Shown: piece by piece, positions 16,926 to 23,867 of the stretch | Numbering within the stretch: the stretch's first letter is position 1 | Layout: every line of letters starts with the position of its first letter | IMG/VR virus record: IMGVR_UViG_3300044846_000114 | Coordinates: 1-34,313 of that record | Source of the DNA: a virus | Lineage: Duplodnaviria > Caudoviricetes | Length of the DNA: 34,313 nt | Strand: one strand, 5' to 3' | Notes under the pieces: generated by a model | Databases searched by the model: none | What the model saw: the letters and a program-made list of their open reading frames with translations, nothing else | Told to the model about the DNA's origin: nothing | Translations under genes and position numbers: made by a program

Positions 16926-17623
16926 ATTACAGTTTTTATTCTTAGTCCACCAATTGATTTGATGCAGACATCATCTTTTGATCTGCCCTCAATCTTTTCT
17001 CTGATATATTCATTCACCTCATCCATGATGTCTAGTAGTGCATCCATGTCAGTCTCTTTGTTTATGTCAATGACTACATCTAGGCCTGCATGTATATAAT
17101 TGCCTATCAATTTTTTTTGTGTGTTATCCTCTTTTCTCACTGCTTTTGAAAGTTTCTTTTTTACCTTTGTTACAGTTTTAAATAGGGATCTGTATGGTAT
17201 TTTCGTGTCTCTGCTTAGTTTCAAAATATTTCTGCCATTGTCTGCATACAGTTCAAATACATTTTTCTCATACCAGTGCAACTCACCCATTGACTTTTTA
17301 ACCTTAGAATCCATCTCATCATCTATCCCAGTGCTTTCATCTGCTTTCTCATAGTTATCACAATATTCAGTAAATGACTTTCTGAACTGATTGAAAAAAG
17401 TAGATCTGTCACTCTTTGCCATATTCAGCATTGTCCTGACAATAAAGTATTTCAAATACCCACTAGTCCACATGCCACACAATCGTTCATCATTCATTTC
17501 ACATAGCACTAGGAAAATTTCCTGTCTTAGATCATCCTGCAGTTCTGTTGGCTGCATTTTGCTGATTGCCTGGTTTATGTCTTTGTCCAGGTACATCTGT
17601 GTGATGATCGTTTCTTTGTTCAT
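16922..17623 (-). CDS. Phage sigma-70/ECF-like RNA polymerase sigma factor
   Basis: Region 2-like DDLRQEIFLVL..YFIVRTMLN; region 4-like LHWYEKNVFELY..LSRDTKIPYRSLFKTV. Confidence 0.75.
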   Translation of the reverse strand: MNKETIITQMYLDKDINQAISKMQPTELQDDLRQEIFLVLCEMNDERLCGMWTSGYLKYFIVRTMLNMAKSDRSTFFNQFRKSFTEYCDNYEKADESTGIDDEMDSKVKKSMGELHWYEKNVFELYADNGRNILKLSRDTKIPYRSLFKTVTKVKKKLSKAVRKEDNTQKKLIGNYIHAGLDVVIDINKETDMDALLDIMDEVNEYIREKIEGRSKDDVCIKSIGGLRIKTVI

Positions 17624-17626
17624 AGG

Positions 17627-17941
17627 TTAGTTATTTGTCCATTCTTTTAAAATTACAGCACCATCACTTTCTGTAGCTATCAGGCAATGGCATCCTGATG
17701 TTTTTGCTTTGTTCATGAAATCTATTTGATACTGGCTCATTTTGTCATTGATTGTTTTCACCTCACAATAAACGCTAATTCCTGAGAACTTATTGTACCC
17801 AATGATGTCAGGTACACCTTTTAAACCATTGAATGTCCTGCCCTTGACAGCCAGATTGTTTTGCCTCCATACAAAACAGAATCTAGATTCTAGTGTTTTT
17901 ATAGCCTCTGCTGTGATCTGTGATACTGTCAATTCTTTCAT
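17627..17941 (-). CDS. VRR-NUC domain nuclease (resolvase-like)
   Basis: GVPDII, CEVKT and MSQYQIDF PD-(D/E)xK motif. Confidence 0.85.
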   Translation of the reverse strand: MKELTVSQITAEAIKTLESRFCFVWRQNNLAVKGRTFNGLKGVPDIIGYNKFSGISVYCEVKTINDKMSQYQIDFMNKAKTSGCHCLIATESDGAVILKEWTNN

Positions 17942-17946
17942 GTTTT

Positions 17947-17988
17947 CAAATTTGATTCAAAATTCTGATAGTAAAAAATATTTTACTG
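17947..17988 (-). promoter_or_regulatory. Putative activator-dependent promoter: operator at 17969-17988 plus CAAATTTG -7-like box
   Basis: TAGTAAA-AAATAT-TTTACTG matches the early-promoter operator and lies 14 nt upstream of CAAATTTG (17947-17954). Confidence 0.5.
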
Positions 17989-18603
17989 ATTATTTTTTGC
18001 ATTTGTTTGCATGTAGTTTTTCATTGCATCTCTGAATGATTCTTTTTCTGTATCTAGTGACATCCTGTTTGAATCACCAGCAGCCTTGTATTGTGAATGA
18101 TGCTCATCTCTTTTGCTTATAAATGCCTGGTGTCTTTGTTCTCTGTAGACTTCTAGCATCTCAAAAAATGTAGGCATGTCCATACGATCATAGACTTTGC
18201 CATATTTGAATCTAGGCATACCATCCAAAAACAGCATGATGTCCTCAAATGCTAGCTGATCCTCAGCAGATGAATCAATCAATGCATAGGCTAATTCTAG
18301 CACCTGATCTGCATTCATTCCTACTCTTAGATTAAAATTTGACAATGCCTTTGTGATAGCTTTTGCCACTACAGCTGCAATCTTATCTGTGCCATAGCTT
18401 ACAGCTAGTGCTGGCAGTCTGCTGCTCACAGGGATGTTCTCAATGATAGCCAGTGGCATTGGATTCCCTTTGTCCTTGTACCTGCATAGTTCATTGAATA
18501 CCTGGCCAGTGCTACCCACCATGACTGCGTTTAAAAATTGCCTCGTTAAGCTGTTGGTCTGTGATATGGCTAACTCTAGTTTGCTGTGTTTTTGTATTTG
18601 CAT
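17983..18603 (-). CDS. Replication accessory protein (helicase loader-like); start uncertain
   Basis: Overlaps the initiator 3' end as in O/P-type pairs; first ATG is MQIQK. Confidence 0.5.
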   Translation of the reverse strand: MQIQKHSKLELAISQTNSLTRQFLNAVMVGSTGQVFNELCRYKDKGNPMPLAIIENIPVSSRLPALAVSYGTDKIAAVVAKAITKALSNFNLRVGMNADQVLELAYALIDSSAEDQLAFEDIMLFLDGMPRFKYGKVYDRMDMPTFFEMLEVYREQRHQAFISKRDEHHSQYKAAGDSNRMSLDTEKESFRDAMKNYMQTNAKNNQ

Positions 18604-19252
18604 TATTTTCGTTTTTAAGTTCAAATAAACCTTTCCATCCTTTTGCCATAGATTGACTGATGATCATGATTGCTGCATCTTCAATTCCTTTTGACAATGT
18701 AGCTAATTCATTTAGGCTGGCTTGTTCTGACTGTGGTGACCTGAAATTGAATTTATGTTCAGTAGATTTGTATGCTTTCCAGTTATTCCACCAATTCTCA
18801 AATCTTGCATTAGGCCATGGCAAAACTATATCAAATTCTATTTTAGATTTTTTGACTTTCTTTTTTTCAATTTTAATTAAATCTATATTTATATTTTCAT
18901 CTTCATTTTCATTTTCCATATGTGATGACATATGTTTTTCATATGTAGATGATATGATGTCTTTTTTGCTAATTCTATTAGTTTTTCTGCTTAAAGTAAA
19001 GTTTTTTCGTTTATTGATTTCATCCTCTACTCTTTGATTGTAGTACAAACTGTTCTCATCTTTTTTAAATTTTGCGAAAATGTCAGAATCATATGTTTTA
19101 CATATGTGCATCATATGTTTTTCACTTAGCCTGCCATGTAGATGCTGCATGCACAAAAGTCTGATGTATTTGCCTACCTGTTCATCACTCATAAATGCCA
19201 CACCAGTGATGAAATCACTTGAATAAAATAGAAATGCTGGATCTTTTGCCAT
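18512..19252 (-). CDS. Replication initiator, YdaU/DUF1376-like
   Basis: MAKDPAFLFYSSDF..MSDEQVGKYIRLLC N-terminus; central iterons; C-terminal ISQSMAKGWKGLF; start reassigned. Confidence 0.8.
   Translation of the reverse strand: MAKDPAFLFYSSDFITGVAFMSDEQVGKYIRLLCMQHLHGRLSEKHMMHICKTYDSDIFAKFKKDENSLYYNQRVEDEINKRKNFTLSRKTNRISKKDIISSTYEKHMSSHMENENEDENINIDLIKIEKKKVKKSKIEFDIVLPWPNARFENWWNNWKAYKSTEHKFNFRSPQSEQASLNELATLSKGIEDAAIMIISQSMAKGWKGLFELKNENNANTKTQQTRVSHITDQQLNEAIFKRSHGG
18840..19117. repeat. Putative replication origin: phased CATATG iterons plus AT-rich tract
   Basis: CATATG at 18917, 18929, 18940 and at 19090, 19101, 19112; AT-rich 18840-18915. Confidence 0.7.
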
Positions 19253-19257
19253 AGTAT

Positions 19258-19341
19258 AAAAAATGCCCCAGTGCTGTGGATCGCAAAGGGGCAGGTTATT
19301 ACAAACCAATAAACTCATGCAGTCATCCACTACTGCATGAA
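19258..19341 (-). ncRNA. Candidate kissing-loop 5' leader/attenuator of the initiator gene
   Basis: Two hairpins with complementary loops GUGGAU/AUCCAC; second hairpin followed by U6. Confidence 0.6.
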
Positions 19342-19349
19342 TCGTGTTT

Positions 19350-19380
19350 CAAATATGTTTCAATAAATTGAAACTACAAA
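19350..19380 (-). promoter_or_regulatory. Bacteroidota-type promoter with overlapping palindrome
   Basis: TTTG-N19-CATATTTG; GTTTCAAT-N2-ATTGAAAC at 19357-19374. Confidence 0.6.
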
Positions 19381-19643
19381 ATAAAATTTGATATTTTCCA
19401 AAAATTTACTGTCCTGCCTGTTTCAAAATCTTTGCCCCTGAATGCAATATGTATCTTTCCTGCATCTACCAGTTCACCCCTCCTAGGTGTCACCCTATTG
19501 ATAGGCCAGACTAGATGTTCAGCAATTTGATGATCACAGCACACACCTAGTTTTTCAATAGCATCTAGGACATCCTGCTGCTTATTGTTTATGTTTTGTT
19601 TTGCCTCTTTATATGCAGGCAAACTGGTTTGATAATCGTACAT
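19374..19643 (-). CDS. Winged-helix DNA-binding protein
   Basis: QQDVLDAIEKLG..DHQIAEHL.WPINRVTPRRGELV pattern. Confidence 0.75.
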   Translation of the reverse strand: MYDYQTSLPAYKEAKQNINNKQQDVLDAIEKLGVCCDHQIAEHLVWPINRVTPRRGELVDAGKIHIAFRGKDFETGRTVNFWKISNFIL

Positions 19644-19644
19644 T

Positions 19645-19842
19645 TTAAATTTCTAGTTTTATGTCAATGTAGTAGCTGTCTGGTGTGCCTATTTTACAAA
19701 CTTCAATAAATTCTTTCATCCACTGCCTCCGCAATTTCCTAGTATGAAATGGCCTGTCTCTGATTAATTTATCATTTTTATACAGGTAGATCCAGCCTTT
19801 TGTTTGATCATTTTTTATATTGTAATTCCTGCTTGCTGCCAT
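19645..19842 (-). CDS. Hypothetical protein
   Basis: 65-aa ORF tightly packed in the operon. Confidence 0.6.
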   Translation of the reverse strand: MAASRNYNIKNDQTKGWIYLYKNDKLIRDRPFHTRKLRRQWMKEFIEVCKIGTPDSYYIDIKLEI

Positions 19843-19852
19843 TGTAAATGAT

Positions 19853-19878
19853 TAAAGCCCAGTCATTTAGACTGGGCT
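19853..19878 (-). terminator. Stem-loop after SSB-like gene (weak terminator or stabiliser)
   Basis: 9-bp perfect stem AGCCCAGTC/GACTGGGCT with a short T tract. Confidence 0.5.
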
Positions 19879-19885
19879 AGTTAAA

Positions 19886-20185
19886 TTAAAATGGTAAATC
19901 ATCAAATGATTCAGTAGCAGGTGCAGTTTTTTTAACTGGTGCAGATCCTGTCTGCTCTTTTGCCTGTACTGTTTTAAGATTTCCCACATACTTTTTTGGC
20001 TCACCTGCATCTCTCTGCTCTTTTGTTTGGCTGATCTGGATGCTGGCATTATTCCCAAATTTGTCCGCTTCATCATTGATCCATACATTGATGTTCAAAT
20101 AAGACTTTCCAGTCTTTTCAGATTTGTAGATCAAATCTTTTGGGATGTCCGATAGGCAGATACTGCCGTTTAGCAATTGGCTCAT
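19886..20185 (-). CDS. Single-stranded DNA-binding protein-like
   Basis: Acidic C-terminal DDLPF tail; near the ERF gene. Confidence 0.7.
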   Translation of the reverse strand: MSQLLNGSICLSDIPKDLIYKSEKTGKSYLNINVWINDEADKFGNNASIQISQTKEQRDAGEPKKYVGNLKTVQAKEQTGSAPVKKTAPATESFDDLPF

Positions 20186-20192
20186 GTTTGTT

Positions 20193-20633
20193 TTATTTTG
20201 GTATTTGAATTTTGAATGTCACTGTACTTGATTTGATAGGTAGATCACCTTTGTGATATGTTTTTTCATGATCCTCAATGGCTTTCCTTTTCTCAGTCAG
20301 TTCAGCTATTTGCTGATCTAGTTCATCCCATCCTGGTAGATGGCTGTAGTCATATTTGACACTGCTGAACTCTGATACCTGGACACCATTGATCTCAGCT
20401 TTCTGCTTAGGATGTTTATATAATTCATCCATCACATCCTTGCTGATTTTCTCTTTTATCATCTTTGTCAACTGTTCCATAGCATTCAGCCTGATGGCTG
20501 TCTCTAATGCGTTTAAATTGCCATTCTGTACCTGTTCTGCTATAGCCTCAGCCATTAGATCCAGGCCAAATTTAGTGGGTGAAATCTCACCCACTCTAAT
20601 GTCATCTAGTCTAGATAGTTTTTCTGATTGCAT
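20193..20633 (-). CDS. Hypothetical protein in recombination module
   Basis: 146 aa, helical, KYDYS motif; between ERF and SSB-like genes. Confidence 0.65.
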   Translation of the reverse strand: MQSEKLSRLDDIRVGEISPTKFGLDLMAEAIAEQVQNGNLNALETAIRLNAMEQLTKMIKEKISKDVMDELYKHPKQKAEINGVQVSEFSSVKYDYSHLPGWDELDQQIAELTEKRKAIEDHEKTYHKGDLPIKSSTVTFKIQIPK

Positions 20634-21258
20634 CTTTTTTGATTGTGAATTGTGATTTGATATTATTTTCCTCTACTAGCTTACTGTTCATGTGATACAG
20701 TGTGTTAAGCTGTCCAATGGTTTCACAGCTGTCTAGCACTAGCAATAGATCCTCAGCAGTAGTGTAGACTTTTCTAGCCATTAAATCAATTTCATTCAAT
20801 ACTGGCTCAGGCTCTTTCACTGTCTTTGCTACTACCTCATGGCTGTGATATTCAGTGTCTAGTTTTTCCTCTGTAGGGATCAGAAACATCTGCATCAAAG
20901 CATATTTCAATGCAGTAGACATTGCCTTGTTTGTAGACTTGTCACCTGAATCCATTGCCTCACCCTCTAGGACAGATTCAATGAATGATCCATCAATGGT
21001 GAAAAACTTAAACTGACATTTCGCAATGGTGTATATCAATGCCCCACCTGATTTTGTCAGTCTTTCCTCTCTCTTAGATTCTAGTACATTGCTAGTGATG
21101 AACACTGCATGTTTTTTGAACAGGGGCTGCAGTGCATTGTACATGTCATCAATGCCTCTGAATGAATAGCCCTGCTGTGCATTCTTTTTGTTTTTACCTA
21201 TAGCCTCAATGTCTTGCATGATGCTATTGATTGCCTGGTAGATTGTTGGATTTGCCAT
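20611..21258 (-). CDS. ERF-family single-strand annealing protein
   Basis: YSFRGIDD and GEAMDSGDKSTNKAMSTALKYAL motifs; start MANP preferred. Confidence 0.88.
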   Translation of the reverse strand: MANPTIYQAINSIMQDIEAIGKNKKNAQQGYSFRGIDDMYNALQPLFKKHAVFITSNVLESKREERLTKSGGALIYTIAKCQFKFFTIDGSFIESVLEGEAMDSGDKSTNKAMSTALKYALMQMFLIPTEEKLDTEYHSHEVVAKTVKEPEPVLNEIDLMARKVYTTAEDLLLVLDSCETIGQLNTLYHMNSKLVEENNIKSQFTIKKDAIRKTI

Positions 21259-21262
21259 TTGT

Positions 21263-21463
21263 TTATTGGTTTTCATTTGTGTATTTGTTATCTGGTAGAA
21301 TTGTAGATCTCACATATCCGTTTTTCTTAAAGCCTTTTACTATGCTTTGTATTGTCATCACTGCCACTGGGCTGTAGATCATTGCATCTACTAGTTCACC
21401 CAGCAATTGATGTCTTTCATGTGGCACTAGGTCACACCATGTAGGTAGTTTATTATCCTGCAT
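21263..21463 (-). CDS. Hypothetical early protein
   Basis: 66-aa ORF in the operon. Confidence 0.6.
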   Translation of the reverse strand: MQDNKLPTWCDLVPHERHQLLGELVDAMIYSPVAVMTIQSIVKGFKKNGYVRSTILPDNKYTNENQ

Positions 21464-21788
21464 ATTCTGTAGTAATTTTAGTGATAGAATTTTTGATGCC
21501 TTTGAATGGATCTACAAAGTGAATGACAATAAATTCATAGATGTCATGTTTGATAAATGCATGTGCCATCTGCCAGTATTGATCCAGTGAATACTCACCA
21601 GATTCCTGGCAATGATCACCATCATGATCTGACCAGTCATGCACCCAGCATAGTCTATCAGTTCGTTTAAGCCATGCCTGAAACTTATCTAGTGGGATGT
21701 GGCATCTGTTGTCTGTACTAAGGTCAACAGTCAATACATTGCAGTCTGTGTCTGCATTGTAGTCAATGATTTCAAATAGTGTTTTCAT
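21453..21788 (-). CDS. Hypothetical acidic early protein
   Basis: 111 aa; first gene after early promoter P2. Confidence 0.7.
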   Translation of the reverse strand: MKTLFEIIDYNADTDCNVLTVDLSTDNRCHIPLDKFQAWLKRTDRLCWVHDWSDHDGDHCQESGEYSLDQYWQMAHAFIKHDIYEFIVIHFVDPFKGIKNSITKITTEYAG

Positions 21789-21810
21789 AGTGTTTTGTGT
21801 TATTGTTCTA

Positions 21811-21841
21811 CTAAATTAGTAAAAGATTTTATACTAGCAAA
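21811..21841 (-). promoter_or_regulatory. Early promoter P2 with operator at 21817-21836
   Basis: TTTG-N19-TAATTTAG; TAGTAAA-AGATTT-TATACTA. Confidence 0.7.
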
Positions 21842-21875
21842 ATATTTTATCACTTTTTTTAAAAATATTTTTAGA

Positions 21876-22076
21876 CTAGAATTTGACATTTGCCAGATCT
21901 TTGCCTAGTTTGGCTGCACATTTGGCCATGTACTTTTTTTCCTGATCTGTGAAATCAATCTCTTTTTTGTTCCCATCATAGCCCCTCAGTTTGTGATAGT
22001 AGTTTGTGATCCCTGGACAGTATTTTGTGAAAAACTGTTTGGCAGGTACTATTTTGAAAAATTCCTCTCTGCTCAT
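21876..22076 (-). CDS. Small DNA-binding protein, DUF5053-like
   Basis: YYHKLRG.DGN....FTDQEK...AKL pattern resembles Bacteroidota DUF5053 HTH proteins (recalled). Confidence 0.5.
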   Translation of the reverse strand: MSREEFFKIVPAKQFFTKYCPGITNYYHKLRGYDGNKKEIDFTDQEKKYMAKCAAKLGKDLANVKF

Positions 22077-22297
22077 ATTGTGAATGTTTTATAGTTATCT
22101 ACATCAAAGATGTCAGATTTTGTTTTTATTTTGGGCTTTGCTTTGACAATGTGTGCAGGGCTGTAGCCCATATCCCTGCAGTAGTTTTCAATGTCTCTGT
22201 ACATAATATTTAAGACATTTTGCATTCTAGTGATTGGCTCATACATATAGTTTTGATCTATGTACTGCTTATCATATAGTGATATTCTTTTGCTCAT
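22073..22297 (-). CDS. Hypothetical early protein, possible HTH
   Basis: 74 aa; ATGA coupling. Confidence 0.55.
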   Translation of the reverse strand: MSKRISLYDKQYIDQNYMYEPITRMQNVLNIMYRDIENYCRDMGYSPAHIVKAKPKIKTKSDIFDVDNYKTFTI

Positions 22298-22307
22298 GTT
22301 TAATTTT

Positions 22308-22559
22308 TTAAAAAAAGTTATACATTGCTTTTCGCTGTTTGATCTTTATGTGCAGCAGTTTGATGCAGTGCTTGCATTGATGGTAGTGTCCATCTATTGA
22401 ATCCCACCGCTTGTAAAAATCATCTTTCAGCTTTGTCTCACCACATTTATTGCATGTTTTATAGGGGCAATTTTTGCACCCATTATGGCAGCAGTGTCCT
22501 CTGCTTTTAAGATACTCACCTGTGAATACCTTATAGCCATTCTCAATAATATAGTCCAT
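22308..22559 (-). CDS. Cys-rich zinc-binding protein (DUF5522-like plus CxxC/CxxC ribbon)
   Basis: RGHCCHNGCKNCPY followed by CNKC..FYK..CKHC. Confidence 0.7.
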   Translation of the reverse strand: MDYIIENGYKVFTGEYLKSRGHCCHNGCKNCPYKTCNKCGETKLKDDFYKRWDSIDGHYHQCKHCIKLLHIKIKQRKAMYNFF

Positions 22560-22654
22560 TATTTGCAGAAAGGATCTTGCAATATAGCTAATACTGAAAA
22601 TGCAGTGACCAGGATGATGATGGCTTGAATGCCATAGTTTGTTTTCTTTTTCAT
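22559..22654 (-). CDS. Small membrane peptide (31 aa, MKKKTNYGIQAIIILVTAFSVLAILQDPFCK)
   Basis: Translated by hand; first ORF after P1; TAATG overlap with next gene. Confidence 0.65.
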   Translation of the reverse strand: MKKKTNYGIQAIIILVTAFSVLAILQDPFCK

Positions 22655-22674
22655 AGTGTGTTTTGTTTAGAAAT

Positions 22675-22706
22675 CAAAAATAGTAAATCATTGTTTACTA
22701 GCCAAA
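22675..22706 (-). promoter_or_regulatory. Early promoter P1 (consensus Bacteroidota -33/-7) with operator at 22681-22700
   Basis: TTTG-N20-TATTTTTG; perfect TAGTAAA-N6-TTTACTA. Confidence 0.8.
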
Positions 22707-22719
22707 TCTTTTTTTAAAT

Positions 22720-22747
22720 AAAAATGCCCAGCATAGAAATGCCAGGC
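22720..22747 (-). terminator. Intrinsic terminator at the late/early boundary
   Basis: GCCTGGCAT-TTCT-ATGCTGGGC stem followed by A and T5. Confidence 0.8.
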
Positions 22748-22771
22748 CTATTACACTATGAAAAACAAAGT

Positions 22772-23359
22772 TTAGATATTTTCCTCTCTATAGATCTGCT
22801 CTATATGTTTAGGCAGTATGGTGTAGTCATTATCAAAATGACCAGGCATCACCTCCATCAGCCTTTGATTCTTATATGGACTATTGCTAGATTTGCACCA
22901 TCTTTTGCTGATCACCATCCAGTTGTAAAAATATATGTATGTGTTTGCCTTTTTAATGTATTGCTTTTTATCTATAGGCAGTTTAAATTTCTTAATCAGT
23001 GACACAGATCTGATCTCATTGTCTAGTTCTAGATCCCTGCAAAGCCCTAGATGCAGCTTTAAATTTCGCACCTTTTTGCCCTCTAGCATGTCATTGAATT
23101 TCTCATAGGCTTTGCCATTCATGGCATTTGTCCAGGCATCACATTGTTCAGCCCACTGTGTGAAATGTGCAAATTCATGCACTAGTATTTCCAGGGCATC
23201 AGGTCTATCCATGGCACAGGCTAGCAGTGGCACAGTCTCATCAAAGAATCCTGCACATCTATTTTTTGCATCTAGTTTTAGATACTTTGTGTTTCTCAAT
23301 TCGCACTTGACATCAAATGTCTTGCATGTGTTTTTGACATGCTGCACAAAATCTATCAT
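22772..23359 (-). CDS. HExxH zincin-like metallopeptidase-domain protein
   Basis: AGFF, ILVHEFAHFTQ and downstream LELDNE. Confidence 0.7.
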   Translation of the reverse strand: MIDFVQHVKNTCKTFDVKCELRNTKYLKLDAKNRCAGFFDETVPLLACAMDRPDALEILVHEFAHFTQWAEQCDAWTNAMNGKAYEKFNDMLEGKKVRNLKLHLGLCRDLELDNEIRSVSLIKKFKLPIDKKQYIKKANTYIYFYNWMVISKRWCKSSNSPYKNQRLMEVMPGHFDNDYTILPKHIEQIYREENI

Positions 23360-23553
23360 GCTGGATCTTTTAAGATAGCCTCATCAGGTCTATCTATTTC
23401 AGATGCACTCACTCGCTGGCCACCTCTGACAGTACCTAGCAATCTTTTTAATTCTTTTTCTACCTCATAAACTTCCTGTAGCTTTTTAATCAGCCACACC
23501 TCTTGATCTACTGCTGTCATTTTGTTAAATCCTTTTGGTACTTTCATATTCAA
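23356..23553 (-). CDS. Hypothetical protein
   Basis: 63-65 aa coiled-coil ORF; ATGA coupling. Confidence 0.6.
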   Translation of the reverse strand: MNMKVPKGFNKMTAVDQEVWLIKKLQEVYEVEKELKRLLGTVRGGQRVSASEIDRPDEAILKDPA

Positions 23554-23866
23554 ACTGTATTAATAAATCAATGTAGTGTCTAGCTTTTTTTAAATCCTCA
23601 ATACCATTCTTTTCTCTGTGCCTTAAAACATACTTGATCACATTGCCCTCTATGAAAGGGATATTGTTTGCATGTATGAACTCTGTGGGCTGGATCTTAT
23701 ATTTGGCATAATGCCCACCGCCTATCTGTGTCTCACTTGCTTTTTGAATTTTATTTATCCATTCTTTGTGATCTACTATCCATTGCTTTTCAGCCTCAGT
23801 AGCTATTGCATTGCTTGTTTTTTTCTGATCTTCTATAAATTTTTCTACAAATCCTGTTGCTTTCAT
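23525..23866 (-). CDS. DUF3310 (SaV / T7 gp1.7-like) protein
   Basis: QIGGGHY, IQPTEFI, GNVIKYV and KNGIEDLKKARHY motifs. Confidence 0.85.
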   Translation of the reverse strand: MKATGFVEKFIEDQKKTSNAIATEAEKQWIVDHKEWINKIQKASETQIGGGHYAKYKIQPTEFIHANNIPFIEGNVIKYVLRHREKNGIEDLKKARHYIDLLIQFEYESTKRI

Positions 23867-23867
23867 G

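Noticed and set aside
19253-19330. 26-aa N-terminal extension of the initiator ORF
   Set aside because: The family-like N-terminus starts at MAKDPAF (19252); the extension coincides with the structured leader.
19867-20088. Alternative minus-strand ORF (73 aa)
   Set aside because: Out-of-frame overlap with the SSB-like gene, which has the diagnostic DDLPF tail.
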